From Eledone cirrhosa (lineage: Eukaryota): 64,000 nucleotides of DNA. Positions 61,866-64,000 of this stretch are shown here, in pieces (position 1 is the stretch's first letter; each line of letters starts with the position of its first letter). Location of the stretch: positions 9,052,001-9,116,000 of the forward strand of contig OZ024759.1 of NCBI GenBank assembly GCA_964016885.1, read 5' to 3'. The position numbers and the translations under genes were made by a program. Under the pieces are notes generated by a model. That model did not search any database, was not told where the DNA came from, and worked only from the letters and a program-made list of their open reading frames with translations.

Positions 61866-64000
61866 AATAATGATAATAATAATGAAATTATTGTGTACAG
61901 TGCTCAGGTGCACTACAACTCATCAAAGGTGCATGTATAGTACATAGAATAATGTACAAATGTCAGGAAAATAAACAGTGTATGAGTCATGATATAATAA
62001 CAATAACAATAATGAAATATTGTGCACAGTGCCCAGGTGCACCACAACCCATCAAAAAAGTGCATGTACAGTACATAGGGCAATGCACAAACATCAGTAA
62101 AATGAACAGTGCACGAGTCATGATACACACGTGTGCATGTGTATGGAAGGGGCACATCAGGTGTAGTTTTGGCGTATTTCGGGAAGCATGAGTGTCTTAA
62201 AGGATGCAGTGTCTCGGCAGCTAACAATTGACGCAGGCAGTTTGTTCCATGCTTCAGCAACTCTGAGCGTGAAAAAATGTCTGCGAAAGTCATGGGAGCT
62301 GTGCTGTTTTCTTATCTTGTAGGCATGTCCACGTGTGTTAGACACATGGAGATCAAAGAGGCGCTCAGGGTTGCAGTTGGCGAGATGGTTAAAAACTTTG
62401 TGGGTATTCACCAAGTCCATTGCCAGACGTCGGAGCTTCAATGAATCCATGCCCAGGGAAGCAAGGCGTTCAGAGTATGGTAGGTGTCTGATGGAGGGTA
62501 TGCGCTTGGTTGCACGTCTCTGAACAGTTTCCAGGAGGTCAATGTTCCGAGCAAGATAGGGGTTCCAGACTGATGATGCGAATTCCAAGTGTGGTCGCAC
62601 CATAGCTGTATACAGTTTTAAATAGATGGCTGGAGAGCGGCTAACAAAGGTCTTGCTGAGTGATTCCAAGACACCCTCGGCCTTCTTGACAATCTTAGAG
62701 ACATGCTTTGTCCAACGCAAATCGTTGCTGACAGTAATGCCCAGGTCACGTTCACAAGAGGACTTTTTGATGTCAGTGTTGTGGAGGGAGTATGTGGACG
62801 CTGGATTTTTCCTTCCAAAATGCATGGTGGTACACTTGTCCACAGCCAGCTTCAGTTGCCAGTCTGTGATCCATTGCTGCATTGTGTCCAGGTCTGATTG
62901 TAGGAAAGAGTTGTAAATTTCAGGATCAGTCCTTTTGATTTCAAGGTACAGCTTGATGTGATCTGCATATTTTAGTACCGTGGCATTCTGTAAGTTGGCA
63001 TCTATGTCATTAATATATGCCACAAACAAAAGAGGACCAAGAACAGATCCCTGTGGTACACCAGATGACATCTCATATGGTGAAGAATGCTGTCCTAGAA
63101 CCGTGACTACTTCCTTTCGGCTGAGAATGAAGGATTTCAGCCAGTCGAAAAGATCATCCCTCACACCCATTGCAGAGAGTTTTGCCATAAGTCTTTTGTG
63201 TGGCACAGAATTAAAAGCCTTAGCAAAGTCAAGGTAAACAACATCCACCCATGAGCCGCTGTCAGTGATCCGGGTGATGTCCTCAAGGAACTTGATAAGC
63301 TGATCACAGCAGCTGGAGTTAGGGATAAATCCAAACTGTGAGGGCCGGATGAGGCTGTGAGAGCTCCAAAAGTTCCAAAGTGTTTCTCTGACACAGGATT
63401 CCATCAGTTTGGCCATACAGCTAGTAAGACTGACTGGACGATAGTTGACAGGTGACATGCGGTTGCCCTTTTTGAACAGGGGAATGACACTGGCAGTTTT
63501 CCACTGCTCCGGAGTAGCACCATTGCTGAGACAGTATTGAAAGAAAAAAAAAAGCTGGCACAAAAGGAAATCCCCGCCACGTTTGAGAAGCAGATATGTC
63601 ACACCATCAAGACCAGGGGAGGCATAGTTGCGCTTATTCTTAAGGTGACGTCGCAACATTGCAGGTGTAAATTCCATAGTTGTTATGGAATTTGATGTTA
63701 GAGATGGTGGAGATGGTACATTCTGGTTTTCAACAGTAAAAATACTTGCATAGCACTCAGCAATGAGTTCTGCGCATTCCTTGGGATCGTCAGTGATCTG
63801 GCTTGTGTGGGGATTGCGAAGAGGACCAACTGGAGAGTGAGGTCTCTGCTTTGAATGAACATATTTCCAGAACACCTTACTGTCAGGATTGGTTGCGATG
63901 CACTGTTCAAATTCAAGCACTGCCTTCTTTGTCACTTGCTTGAGATGGTTAGAAGATTTATTCCGCTTTTTTCTGTTGGCATCTGATCTATGCAGTTTAT
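61866..64000 (-). mobile_element. CR1-type LINE ORF2 (RT) and 3' UTR; frame stays open to the window edge; YADD changed to YADH
   Basis: NYRPVSLTS, QFGF, YLDFAKAF, GVPQGSVLGP, ERDLG, VRPHLEFA, TRGH, FFTLRVAEAWNKLP; (TTA)n tail. Confidence 0.93.

Overview
Eukaryotic genomic DNA. The SINE/LINE complement suggests an octopod cephalopod (inference). The window holds 12 internal + strand exons of one large multi-repeat cadherin gene. They splice at GT-AG sites with matching phases into 2880 nt / 960 aa (about 10 EC repeats, one carrying an internal RVKR furin-type motif); the gene's start and end lie outside the window. The introns are almost entirely repeats: RTE and CR1-type LINE fragments, two tRNA-derived SINE classes, a 5'-truncated Penelope-like element (GIY-YIG), MITEs and many minisatellites, including a 12.9-kb 29-mer array with a ~4.9-kb higher-order duplication. 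The main finding is about 13 loci with complete or partial minimal type-I hammerhead ribozyme motifs from many unrelated sequence families. Most are head-to-head fold-back insertions in (TA)n. Most families also share a covarying bulged hairpin (UACUC/GAGUR lower stem, 2-nt bulge) downstream of the ribozyme, next to where the inverted copy ends. Coordinates and pairings were read by eye, so repeat boundaries are approximate.
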